This document shows, in pieces, positions 28,001 through 40,000 of a stretch of DNA of 64,000 nucleotides. How positions within the stretch are numbered: the first letter of the stretch is position 1; each line of letters begins with the position of its first letter. A program made the position numbers and the translations under genes. The DNA lies in contig CDRNST010000027.1 in NCBI GenBank assembly GCA_977016875.1, positions 2,666,001 to 2,730,000 on the forward strand. Reading direction: 5' to 3'. Origin of the DNA: Pavona decussata. Taxonomy: Eukaryota. The notes under the pieces are model-generated. The model was not told the origin of the DNA and made no database searches. It saw only the letters and a list, made by a program, of their open reading frames with translations.

Positions 28001-31000
28001 TGTCAGGTCTAACAACGTCATCTGCTTCATTTTGCTAGCTGACTGCTTTACACTGATGGGTGTCACATGGACTTTAAGCTACAAGAAAGAAAGCCTCAAC
28101 ATTCAAATCCTAGAAGTATGCAGGATGTTTGTCACATGAACCTTGTTTAATTCTCCACTCAAGAAACATACATACAAACTTTATTGATGCTCCCTAAGTG
28201 GGTTTTTCAGCTCAATACAATTGCAATTACAAATCTAAATTAAGTAATTAAGAATATTAGCACAACAATGCGGAGACTAGTACGAGTGAGCGACTATGGG
28301 ATCATTTGGGTAGATGGACAGAAATTGCAAGGATGAATGAAATTAGTGCATTTCTCGACAGTCAGATGTATAGAACACTCTTTTAGGCAAAAACTATTTA
28401 ACAAGAGCCGTCATTCCCCAAGAAAATGCTGAAAAATGCACTTTGTCGGCATGATATCAATCTGTTCACCCAAACAATCCCATAATCCACGGCTCATACC
28501 AGTCTTCTCAAACAAATAAACAAGAAATACTGGTAGCTTTTAATTATTAATACTTAATTTCTAAAAAATGTAAGTGACCTATGCAAGGCAGATATGGACT
28601 ACTCTTAACTGATTTTGTTTGTTTGCAACTACCAATGCTAAATGCTTGACTTGGTTCAGTCTCATATATAAAACAAATCAGTCGAGCGTCAGTATAGATC
28701 TCTTTTATGTGGGTCACTTGCCTTTTTCTAGAAAAGTAATAACTAAAAGCTATTTCTTGTTAAACTTTTACCTTCTTTGGACAAGACACAAAATCGTCCT
28801 CAGACTGATCTGCAAGATCCACCAGTTCAGTTCTTTGCACAGTATCTGCTTTTGGTGTCTTGGCCTTCTTTTCTGATTCTGCTTTCTTGATACAGAGATC
28901 TTTTTTCTTGATATCACCATCTATTACCACAGTTTCAACACTTTTGGAAGGAGCTGCATCTTTGAGCAGTTTATCATTACGTTTAGCCTCTGCCAGTTCC
29001 CTTGACTTCTTGGGTTTGCTACCTTTAGGAGACTTTTTCAGCTTGTTGATAGATTTACATAAACTTTTCTTCGGAGTCTTGGAACTGATGGTTGTTACCT
29101 CACTTGTGTCATCCTCAATAACCACACAATTTGTTTTACTGTTATTAGCAGCTCCTTTGATGCCAGAAATCTTTTGGGCGGGGCTTTTTCCAGTTCCTTT
29201 GTATGGAGATTTCACTGGAGTCAACACTAATCTACATTTTATTGGAGTTCCTCGTAGCTGTCCTGAAGGTGTTTTATCATCATTCTCCTCCAAGCTTGAA
29301 GAACCTTCAACAGGGTCCTTTACCACGGGAGTGTGTTTTTTAAGAGCATTCTGAATGAGCTTCACAGAGCTCGTGGTAGTTTTGTCTGTGGTCTTTGAAA
29401 TGTCAGCTGTACTTTTTCTAAAAGCGTCTAGCTTCCTTTGTGAAGGATCCGTCTTGTTCAGTTTAGGTTTTGAATGTCCTGCAGCGCCGTCATCTAGGAG
29501 TTTCTTCTTTGGTTTCTCAGTGCTTTTGGTTCTTTTTGTGGGAGGCTTTGATTTAGGAGTAGTTTTCTGAAAAATGTCAACAGCAAGGAAAATTTATGTC
29601 AGAAATATCAAAACTAAACGGAGTACCATTAGAAGTTGTCCAAGTGTGTTTAATACACTTAAATTCAAATTAAAGAAGTTAACAAGAAAGAGCACCAGTT
29701 ATGTCTGTATGCAGTCAGCGCTGAGGTGCAGGTGCAGTAGTTCTTAGCTTTGTACATGTGACGTGTGATTGGGGCAGCACAAGGTTCCTCTGCCAACGTT
29801 GCAGGCACCAAGGGTTTTGGACTGTGGTTGTCCCCCCCCCCCCCCCCCCCCACTGCCTTCTCCTCCCCTGGTCAGTGTAACAGGTGCCTGCTCCTTTGCA
29901 TGGACGCTCATAGCTGGATGCTGGATTGTGCCCGCCATGGGGGCATTATTCAGTCTAGGGGCTGGCTGCCAATAGTGGAGGACCCTGGTGTAACAGAGTT
30001 GTCATGACTTCCGGTTGCACGACAATGACGTCACTATGTCATGCTTTACTGAACGTGTGCATGCTTTCCGTTTGGAGAGTGAGTTGTATAGGAGATGCCT
30101 TCGTAGTTCGTTGTGTTTGTAATTAAAGTTTACGCTGGAACCCTGCAAGACCTGTAGTGAGTCTTTCACACCTGGATAATCCAGTTGTCAACACAAAAAG
30201 AAGTACATCAGAATTTTCAAACTAAGACTGAAAATGCATTAGTCATTATAAGTAGTACTGTTCTCTCAACAGAAAAGCAAGTGAAACAGTTAAACAAGCC
30301 CTAGCAGATATTACAGCTGTAGACGTTTTAAAAGTGTGGATTACAAATCATTTTCTTGTGGAGAGTATTTTTTCGTGTCACAGACTGAAGATAAAATACA
30401 TCTTTCTCATTTAAACACAATGTTTAAAATGTACATGTATCATCGCATTTCTTCCACTGTGTAACACTTACCTTGTTAAAAATCAAGGTAAAATCTTTCA
30501 ACTTGTCAGTGAGGGAATATTTCCTTGCCAACTCAGTCTGAAGATTAAGAGATTGAAGATTGGTCTTATTTAAGATATGATAACCAGAGGTAACTATATA
30601 TTAAGCAAACACCTGTAAATCAGTTACCATATATCTATGTAATACAGGAAATAGTTCAAATTTTACTATAATTAATTTTGAGAGCACAAGAGTGCTAAAA
30701 CCTTTGAAATTTGATCTTGTGGCAACTTCAATCTTGATCATCACATCATAACATTTTGTTGACAACATGATCAGTAAAGCTGGACTTGATTTCAACTTAC
30801 AGAACATTTGAATCCAATCAAGTATTAAAAATCACCTTTCTATATCCTCCTAACAAACATAATCTAGAGCTTTGCTATTATGCAGGCCTAAATCAAATGG
30901 GCAATCACATACAAGTAGTTACTCAATGCTATTCTTACAAAATCTGAGGGTTCAGGCATGATCTTAGTGATAATGATTCTTGTAACATTGGAAAATGAAC

Positions 31001-34000
31001 CTCCATGGCATTGTCCTGTAGTTAGCCACCCCAACAAACTTACAGAGCAAATAGATATGCCACTGAGAAATCAAAGAAATAATTTCCAGTCTAATGCATT
31101 TTCCATTAGACTGCACACACATCCACTGTATGGCCGTGTCTAAATAAACCACTACATAACTAGGTAGCACTTAGAAATTCTCTTTTCTTGACAGTGGCAA
31201 CCCTGCAAACTTCAAATAAAGTTTTACCAAGCAGACTGTAAAACACAGTTAATGGAACATGACGCCCAACACGCAGTAGGTGTTTGCAGTCACAACTACA
31301 GGTACCTTGAGTGACGGTCGATATCTCGGTTGCGCCTCGGTCGCTACTTGGTCGATAATTGGGGATGACTCGGCCGATGTTGTACCGTTATGGCAGTCGT
31401 CGTATCGACCGAGGTGGCTGTCGGCCGATATAGATAGCAATACACCGACACTTCACCGACATATCACCGATACTTCATCGATATTTCACCACTTACCGGC
31501 CAATATATTGGTCAATATTCTATCGATATGTTTTTTCGACACTTCGTCCTTATCTCGATCGACATTCGTGTACATAGCGCACCGCTATATCGGTCATCAT
31601 ATCAGTTGATGGCCAATATAATAACGACCGATAGTCGGCCGATAGTCTGTCGTTATCTCATTTTATTCTTCCACGATTGCATCATTTTACCATATTAGGT
31701 CAAGAGAATGCGCAAAAATATGCCAGCGTATTACACTGTAGTGTCCCGTTTTAACCGGTTTAGAACAAAGCAAAATGCTCGTTCCTTTTTTGTGTCGACA
31801 GAGTATCAGCCGATACTTTACCGATACTTGACCGATGGTTCACCGATATATTGCTGACACACTGCCGATGCTATCGCGACCGACTGTCGGTCGATCTCTT
31901 GACCGAAGGTGATTCAATGATTGGTCGACACGTCACCTATATAGCGGCCCATGCTCGACCAACAATCGACCGATACTTGGTGGATACATCGACCGAGATA
32001 TCGACCTTCAGTCGACCGCGAGTCGACCGACATATTGACCGTTACCATTGATCGAGGCCCTCCATAAGACACAAGGTCCCATTGTTCAAGGTACAATTTT
32101 CCTTGTGGCAAGATCTGTATTCAATAGTAGGGAAAGCTCTGTGTTTTTTAAACCAATAATAATCCTCAGCCCTGGTCATATTTAACAAACCCTAGATTGA
32201 TTTACAGTCAGTACCTTGACCAACCAGGGGCTGTTGTCATTTGACCAAGGGTTTTCAGTGTTGGCTCGGATAAAACACTTCAGCAACTCCACTGATGGCA
32301 GTTTCTTGAGACGTCTAAAAAAATAATGTAATGTTGAAATATTCACATCAGAACAACTACTAAAATAAATATGATTATGTTTGGCATTTGCAATTAACCG
32401 CCTCAGCATCCTCTAGGGATTTCCACGTCACATCATAGTATCTAGGTGTCGTCAGCTCTCGTGCTCGTAACAGCCAGTTTTCGTGCTCACATCTTAACAA
32501 CCTTAATTTTTCTAGTATTTTGTTTGGTATTTTAATAGTTTTGTAGCTTACACTGTCCAAGTAATTTTCTCTTTTCATTTTTTTGCTTCGCCACTATGTT
32601 ATTGCTTGTATGCTTGCTTTTTTTCTTTTTCTCGTCTCCAATAAACACTACTGGTCGTGTCCTTCCTTCATCATTGTCTGTTGTTTTTTCTGCTTACTAG
32701 AATTTAAACGTTTTCTCTGCGGGGGAACACAGTGACATGGCAGAGAACAACAAACATCTACAGCCATTTCCAAAAACAACCAAGATGCTCTCAATTTAAT
32801 TTAGGAGCACACCCAAAACATCACTTTATGTTACACCCCTGGAAGGACTTTTTCAAAATTAATTACTTATTTTGAACATTTTTGTTCAAATGTAAGGAGA
32901 AACAATCACATAGAAAACTGGGAGAACCCAAAAGAGTTTTAGAAAGACTTCCCTTGAATGGCGCCAGTTAAAATTATAGCATTTTCGCTCTCCCAGAGAC
33001 TTCTATTTGTGTTTCTCTAACTACATAAAAACAGTCTGCAAATGACTTTTTTTTTTTTAACAAACTGCTTTACAGTGTATCACTGTTGAACTTTCTTACT
33101 TGATATCCCCTGCTAGGATTCCCTTTAGGCCATCAGGAATACTCTCAAATGTGAGGTCATATTGCAATCCAGAATTCTGAAAACAAGTTAGCATGTACAG
33201 TGTAAGTTTAAATTAGCTCCAACAAAACTCCTTTGTTACAAAGAAGAGGGCACTTGTGAGGGTTGGGGTTAGGTGAAATGTGAAAGGTGGTTAAGTAGGT
33301 AGCACATCATACATGTATCTTCTGTTTGAAAAGTAAGGCACGCTATCCACTAGTGTCCCAGACCTTCAGTTCAAATGTAAGTAGTTGGAGTCACCTTCTG
33401 CCACGTTTTTTCCTTCTCTACTTTTATATCCTTTGTTTCCTAATATATAGTTTACTCCAATAATCCTGCTGGTATATGTTAAATCAAACTGCTGATCTAA
33501 TTATTAGATCAGCAGTTTGATTTAACATATACCAGCAGGATTACCACCCAGATGGTTGATTCCTTGAACATTTAACCATTCCCTTTTTGACCACCCCTTC
33601 ACAGCCCACCCCTATGGATGATAGTCTTTAGGCTAAGCACTGAAAAAAATGTTTTCAAAAAAGCTAGCAAAACAAAAGGGGAACTCACATGCCATACAAC
33701 ATAATCCAAAGGATTCTGAGAAAAAAAGTGGGGGTTGTAGGAAACTTTCTCACACATAAGGGGGGAAGGAAGGCTATGTAATACCCATGCCTCTGCACAC
33801 CATGCATACCTACATTGTTATTGTACCACATGACCTATTGTTGAATAAATGAAGTTCTATCCAACATGGTGTCTCAAATTGAATTCACACTTCACGCTAG
33901 ATCATAAATGGAATGTCCCTAGACAAGAAACTGTGCTCCATGTGGTGTGCAGACAGGTGAACAACTTGTAGAGTTTTAAATAGGTACAATTGTATGATAG

Positions 34001-37000
34001 GGTCCATTCTTAATAATATGTGCCCCTTTTGGTTTGGACACACTGGGACACACCCATCATCATTTTTTTAGTACAGTGTTAGGTTTCAGTCTCAGTATAG
34101 CTCATGTGGCAATTGCATAATTTTTGCCTTTGCGACTTTTTTCTTACCAACCCCATTTTCAAGACACTTATTGGTTGTTTGACGTTATAGAGCGGGATAA
34201 TACCAGTACAATGAAGCTCTGTTATTAAAAGATATTAGCTTGATGATTTAAGTGAAGTAGTGATCATGATGGTGTTTTACCTTTTCAATCAGTGATTGTG
34301 GTTTTTCAACGATTGAGTTTTCTTTGTCACTTGAGGGAGAAATAGAGGTACTGGAAATCTGATGAAAAATTTAAGTACAGTCCTTGTTAAATCTCAAAAA
34401 CATTTAATTTACTTTTAATATATATCCCTTGAATGGATACTAGTCCATCCATCACAGGGTTAGCAATAGTTTACTTCATTAGCATCCATCTAAACCTTTG
34501 GGTGGAGAGAGAAAATGCAGAGAAAAGTTTCTTGTCTATTTAGGAAACAACACAATACAGGGACAGGTCTTTTTCACAGGCCACATTCCACATTTCACTA
34601 TTGTACTGGTATATATCCAAGAGGGTTAGTGTGCCTTAGGCATGAATTAGCTTTTTAGTATTGAGTTTAGGGGGCTTGGAGACCCGGCTGTTTATATTGT
34701 TTATATACAATTATCACAATGACCTGTAGTTGTGACCTGTGACCTGTAAAAGAAACCTAAAAAATTCTAACTAGTCTCTAGGTTAGGGCTTGTCTGCAGT
34801 CTGCAAATGTTCAACTTATTCATATAATTATTTTTGATCTTGCTGTCAAACATTCCTTTGATTAAAAAGTCATGCAAATGAGGCAGAAGGGTCGACATTA
34901 TACAATGCAGAATGACCCAGTTGTTTCATGTGTGTACGTCAAACTGCTGAAAACTGTAATGATACAGTGTAGCTACTTAAACCTCTACCTTAGAAACATC
35001 AGACTCACATTGTTTGAATCACTGCTAGCAATACTTTCATGATGAACTCTGGAGATTTTTCCTTTGTGCCTAGAGGATGTCAGAAATTTGAAGGAAACAA
35101 CAAATTATTAATGAACGCATGAACAACAAAGTAAGACAAAATAATTATATGGTGGACAAGGGAACTTGCAGCATTCTGAGAAGGGACAAATGATTACTCA
35201 CATGGCAAGTCATACTTGATTGATTTGTGCCAAATATGGTAAGTATATGCAAAGGTAAAACTACAGGAATCAATGAAGGTTCATATGATTAGCTGCTTGT
35301 CATATCAGTCATTAGTTTATGCCAAAAATGTCAAACAAAACTTGTGCATTGATTGGCTGATACATTCCATTCATTTACCAAAACCCTATAGATCTACCGC
35401 AGGGGTATTGCAGAACGCCGCAAGCCAAACGGCAAATCCATAGTAGTCCTATAATGTCTGATGTCTGCCATAACAACAACTTAAAGCTAACTGTCTGTAT
35501 AATCAGTGCTTAATCCTAAATAGTATAGAAAAGTGCTTAGACCTAAATAATATTGTTTGTTGCTTAACTGGCAGGGTTATTTTGCAGAATGCCGAACACC
35601 TATAACAGTTTACCATTAAGCAACGAACGAAGTTATTTAGGTCTAACCACCACTCTGTACTGTTTTGGGTTAAGCACTGATTATGCAGACGGTTAGCTTT
35701 AAGTTGTTGTTATGGCAGCCATTGCATAAAAGGACTTCTATATATATGGATTCGGCATTTGTGACCTCTCACGCGAAAACGTACACTAACGGCTTTCCGT
35801 TTTCAAATGGAAATCCGTTCACAAGCTGTTTCTCATCCGTTCAGAACAGAAGTCAATCTGTTTGAACAGCTGTGTCATCCGTTCACAAAAATTGCCCAAC
35901 CGTTCGAACAGCTATTGCACCCGTTCAGAAAAATTTGCATCCGTTCACAAAAATCGTCCATCTGCTTGAACAGCTTGAGCCATCCGTTCAGAAAAATTGT
36001 CTATCCGTTCAAACGGCTGTGGCACCCGTTCAGAAAAATTTGAATCCATTCCAACCACTTGGTCATCTGTTCAGAAAAATTATCCATCCGTTCAAAACTT
36101 CAATCAGTTGGAACCGTTCATTCAAACGCCTTGGATCATAATGTACGCTGTTCAGATGGCCTTATGCATTGCCTTATGGCCGGTCGTTTGCGAAAAGAAG
36201 ACATGAAATGGTAGTTTGTGCTAGCCATGCTTCATTGCTTTCGTGCTGTGACGTAACATTGATCTCAAACAAGCGTGAAATTCAGAACTGACCGAAAAAA
36301 GTCTGACAGAGCGACAAAATATTGTCTTATGTAAACAACTGTTTCACTCACTTGCCGCAATTGTTGAGTCGAAACGTGTTCCTCTGATCCAAGGTAAACT
36401 ACTAACTAAAGAAACTATTGGTGGAAGTGGCGATTTAACTCGTTTAATGACCTGTTGCCAGAATCACGGGAAACAGTCTACCAAACAAAGAGAAAAGGGT
36501 TTTACCAGTACACTTGCAAAATTCATTGCCTAGCACGTGACCAAAATCTACTCAGTCAACTATCTGATGATTTATTTTTCGTGAACGAATACTCTCGTCA
36601 TGCGTTTGGCATTCTACAAAATACCCCTGCCGCCCTATCTACTCCCCACAAAAGAGAACTCATGAAAATTTAGAGGGTAAAAATTAGTGGAGCCCTGATC
36701 ACCAATCATTATCAATGGTGATTTTAAACTCATGAACAGGACTGCCCTGGTAACTTTAAACCCTTTAAGCCCCAGTATCAACATACATACATACATGTGT
36801 AATCTCATCACTGTTCTCCACATATTTCTTGTGGTAGTAGTTGGGAGAATGTTTTAACATCAAGAAATTTTATTGTGAAAGCTGGAAACATTGGTCAACA
36901 TAGTGGAACATAATGATAAAATAGTGGTTTGTCTCACAATGAAGTCACTTAAGTTGTAGGTCATGATGTTTTGCCTGCTTACTGAGCTAGTCTTTGGCAG

Positions 37001-40000
37001 GTGATGAGGTTGACTGATCATGCTTCGGTATTTGTATCACGAAAGTCAGCTGTGATGAGGGGAAGTTTCTTGTTCGAGGTTCACGTTGGTATACAGTATG
37101 TGCAGGGTCAAGGGTTGCCTATACACTCAAGACAGTGCTCACTTGTGTGGCAGCAGATTCACTGACTTAGACATAGAAAAGTCTGTCCCCAAGATATATC
37201 AAAATAAAAATACTTCATCTTATCATGTAGAGTACATGACGTCTTGTCTGATAGAAAATGCAGACACTTGTCAAGTGGAGTTTTTTACCTCTGGAGGATT
37301 AAAGTTGACTACAAGTAATTTTAATAATTTTAGTAATTCCTGAATCCTGTATCTTAACTAGGTACTCAAAGACATGTCATGTTATGCTCACTGTTTTCAA
37401 GGAAGAAACTCTCGTCATGCGTTTGGCATTCTACAAAATACCCCTGCCGCCCTATCTACTCCCCACAAAAGAGAACTCATGAAAATTTAGAGGGTAAAAA
37501 TTAGTGGAGCCCTGATCACCAATCATTATCAATGGTGATTTTAAACTCATGAACAGGACTGCCCTGGTAACTTTAAACCCTTTAAGCCCCAGTATCAACA
37601 TACATACATACATGTGTAATCTCATCACTGTTCTCCACATATTTCTTGTGGTAGTAGTTGGGAGAATGTTTTAACATCAAGAAATTTTATTGTGAAAGCT
37701 GGAAACATTGGTCAACATAGTGGAACATAATGATAAAATAGTGGTTTGTCTCACAATGAAGTCACTTAAGTTGTAGGTCATGATGTTTTGCCTGCTTACT
37801 GAGCTAGTCTTTGGCAGGTGATGAGGTTGACTGATCATGCTTCGGTATTTGTATCATGAAAGTCAGCTGTGATGAGGGGAAGTTTCTTGTTCGAGGTTCA
37901 CGTTGGTATACAGTATGTGCAGGGTCAAGGGTTGCCTATACACTCAAGACAGTGCTCACTTGTGTGGCAGCAGATTCACTGACTTAGACATAGAAAAGTC
38001 TGTCCCCAAGATATATCAAAATAAAAATACTTCATCTTATCATGTAGAGTACATGACGTCTTGTCTGATAGAAAATGCAGACACTTGTCAAGTGGAGTTT
38101 TTTACCTCTGGAGGATTAAAGTTGACTACAAGTAATTTTAATAATTTTAATAATTCCTGAATCCTGTATCTTAACTAGGTACTCAAAGACATGTCATGTT
38201 ATGCTCACTGTTTTCAAGGAAGTTATACATTTTACAGTTTAAGTCTTACCACTGGCCGCTGACACAACATTCTACTGGCTCATTTTCAAAATATTCATTC
38301 TCCAAGAGTTTGTAGCATTGCTGTGCAAGGGTTTGTAATCCACTTGAACCTTTGTAAACAGATAACAAAATGAGAATTTCAGAGTTTTCATGATCAGGCA
38401 ACTTTAATTAAAGGTAATACAATTTTTTTTTTTTTTGGGGGGGGGAGGGTTCAACCAAGCACTTCAGTCAATAACTTTGGGGAGAGAGAGGGTACTCAAC
38501 CCAAGGCTGGTAAGATAAAGACGCACTTCGAAACTAAGTGAACTACAAACGCGGCTGGAGCTTAACCTAATTTCTGTAACATGAAGCAACAAGGAGTGTT
38601 GTTACTCCCCCTGGATGGGATACTAGTCCACAACAGTTACCCCCAGCAGTATGTCGCAGATGCCCATTTATAAACCTATAGAGACAATATGAAGCAAAGT
38701 TTCCTGTCTAAGAAAACAACATGACAAAGCAGAAACCATTACCAAGCCTCAAACCAAGGATCCTCTGATCTTAGGATTGTCGAATCAAGAGTCTAATGTG
38801 CTAACCACTACACCTCCAAAATATTAAAGTTGGGTCCCTTCAAATTCCCGACCCCTTTACTCCCGTATCTCCACCTGTTAAACAGCTGCAAAAAGAAAGC
38901 CTGAAAAAAATGGCTATGCTCCCATAAAAGCTTAATGAGCAAGTCACAATGTGATGAGTGATAAAATGTGGCTAAATGTAATTAAGGCAAAGTTAGGTTC
39001 AAGCCAATGCAGTCAGTGGTCTAGTTTACGGCAGTTCATGATCTGTGGGACGTCCATAGGTCCCTGCAGGGCAGATTTCCTATTGTGCAATACATTTAAC
39101 TTGTAACTTAGCTGATCGTCACAGATCATTTGCTGGGCAGCAAATTGTTGCGGATTCTTGCCCCACGACACCCACCCACATTTTGGCTGGGGGATTCCAG
39201 GTAAGTACTGTATTGGGTAAGGTATAAGTATTGTGTGACAGTGCCCAATGGTGACTGCTTGCCAAGGTGGTTTCTAATCACAGGGTTGCCATGGATACCT
39301 CTCAGCATGCCTTAACCGTGTGAGGCCCCTCACCGACTCTCTAGGCACCAGTCTCCCAAGCTCATCTATTGGAGATGAGTTTAAAAGGTATGAAACAACT
39401 AGTACTTACTGTGGTGAACAATCTGCAGGATTGGTTTCTCAAAATACTTGGGAAAGCTTTCCAGTCTTTTGAGCGCTTGCTCTTCACATGCCACTGCTTC
39501 TGCATATTTCAGGTTTGTTTTCCCAGTCAATTGGCAGCTCCATACTTGGAATCCATACAGAATGATACGATTGACATATTCACTTCATCATGTCAAGAAA
39601 AATACTTAATTAATATTGAGATGAAGAGATGGAGTCTAGGTAGAAAAAATCCAAACAAATACATGTAGACCCTTAAGTGGAGGATTTATCTAGCTAGGCC
39701 CTTGGTGTAAGATATTTTTTCTCATGAGCCAGTAAACAAGTTTAGAAGACATGCACTTTGGACACATTTTGTTTGTTCAAACAATAGTAGATTCCTTCAT
39801 GGCTCACATGCGTACATGAACCCACACATCGGGTGTGTTTTCACGACGCCGGATGTCTCGCTTAACATTCCTGAGGGTGTTTTGTTTACCGACTTCGTTA
39901 AGCGACTTAAAGTTGATGGGTGTTTTAACGAGTAAGATTATATTTCATTCTAGTAATTTGAGGAGATAACGTGCTCGAATAAATCAATTTGAATAATATG

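Noticed and set aside
29989-30195. Solo LTR (TGT...ACA with ATTAAA)
   Set aside because: No TSD, PBS/PPT or second copy; cannot be supported
35785-36155. CRISPR-like array (also 31301-32080 and 4290-4640)
   Set aside because: Degenerate short motifs with no constant repeat/unique spacer structure, no cas genes, and a eukaryotic intron context
37086-38160. Duplicated 85-aa and 62-aa ORFs as a small gene pair
   Set aside because: No recognisable motif; they are paired only because of the 817-bp duplication
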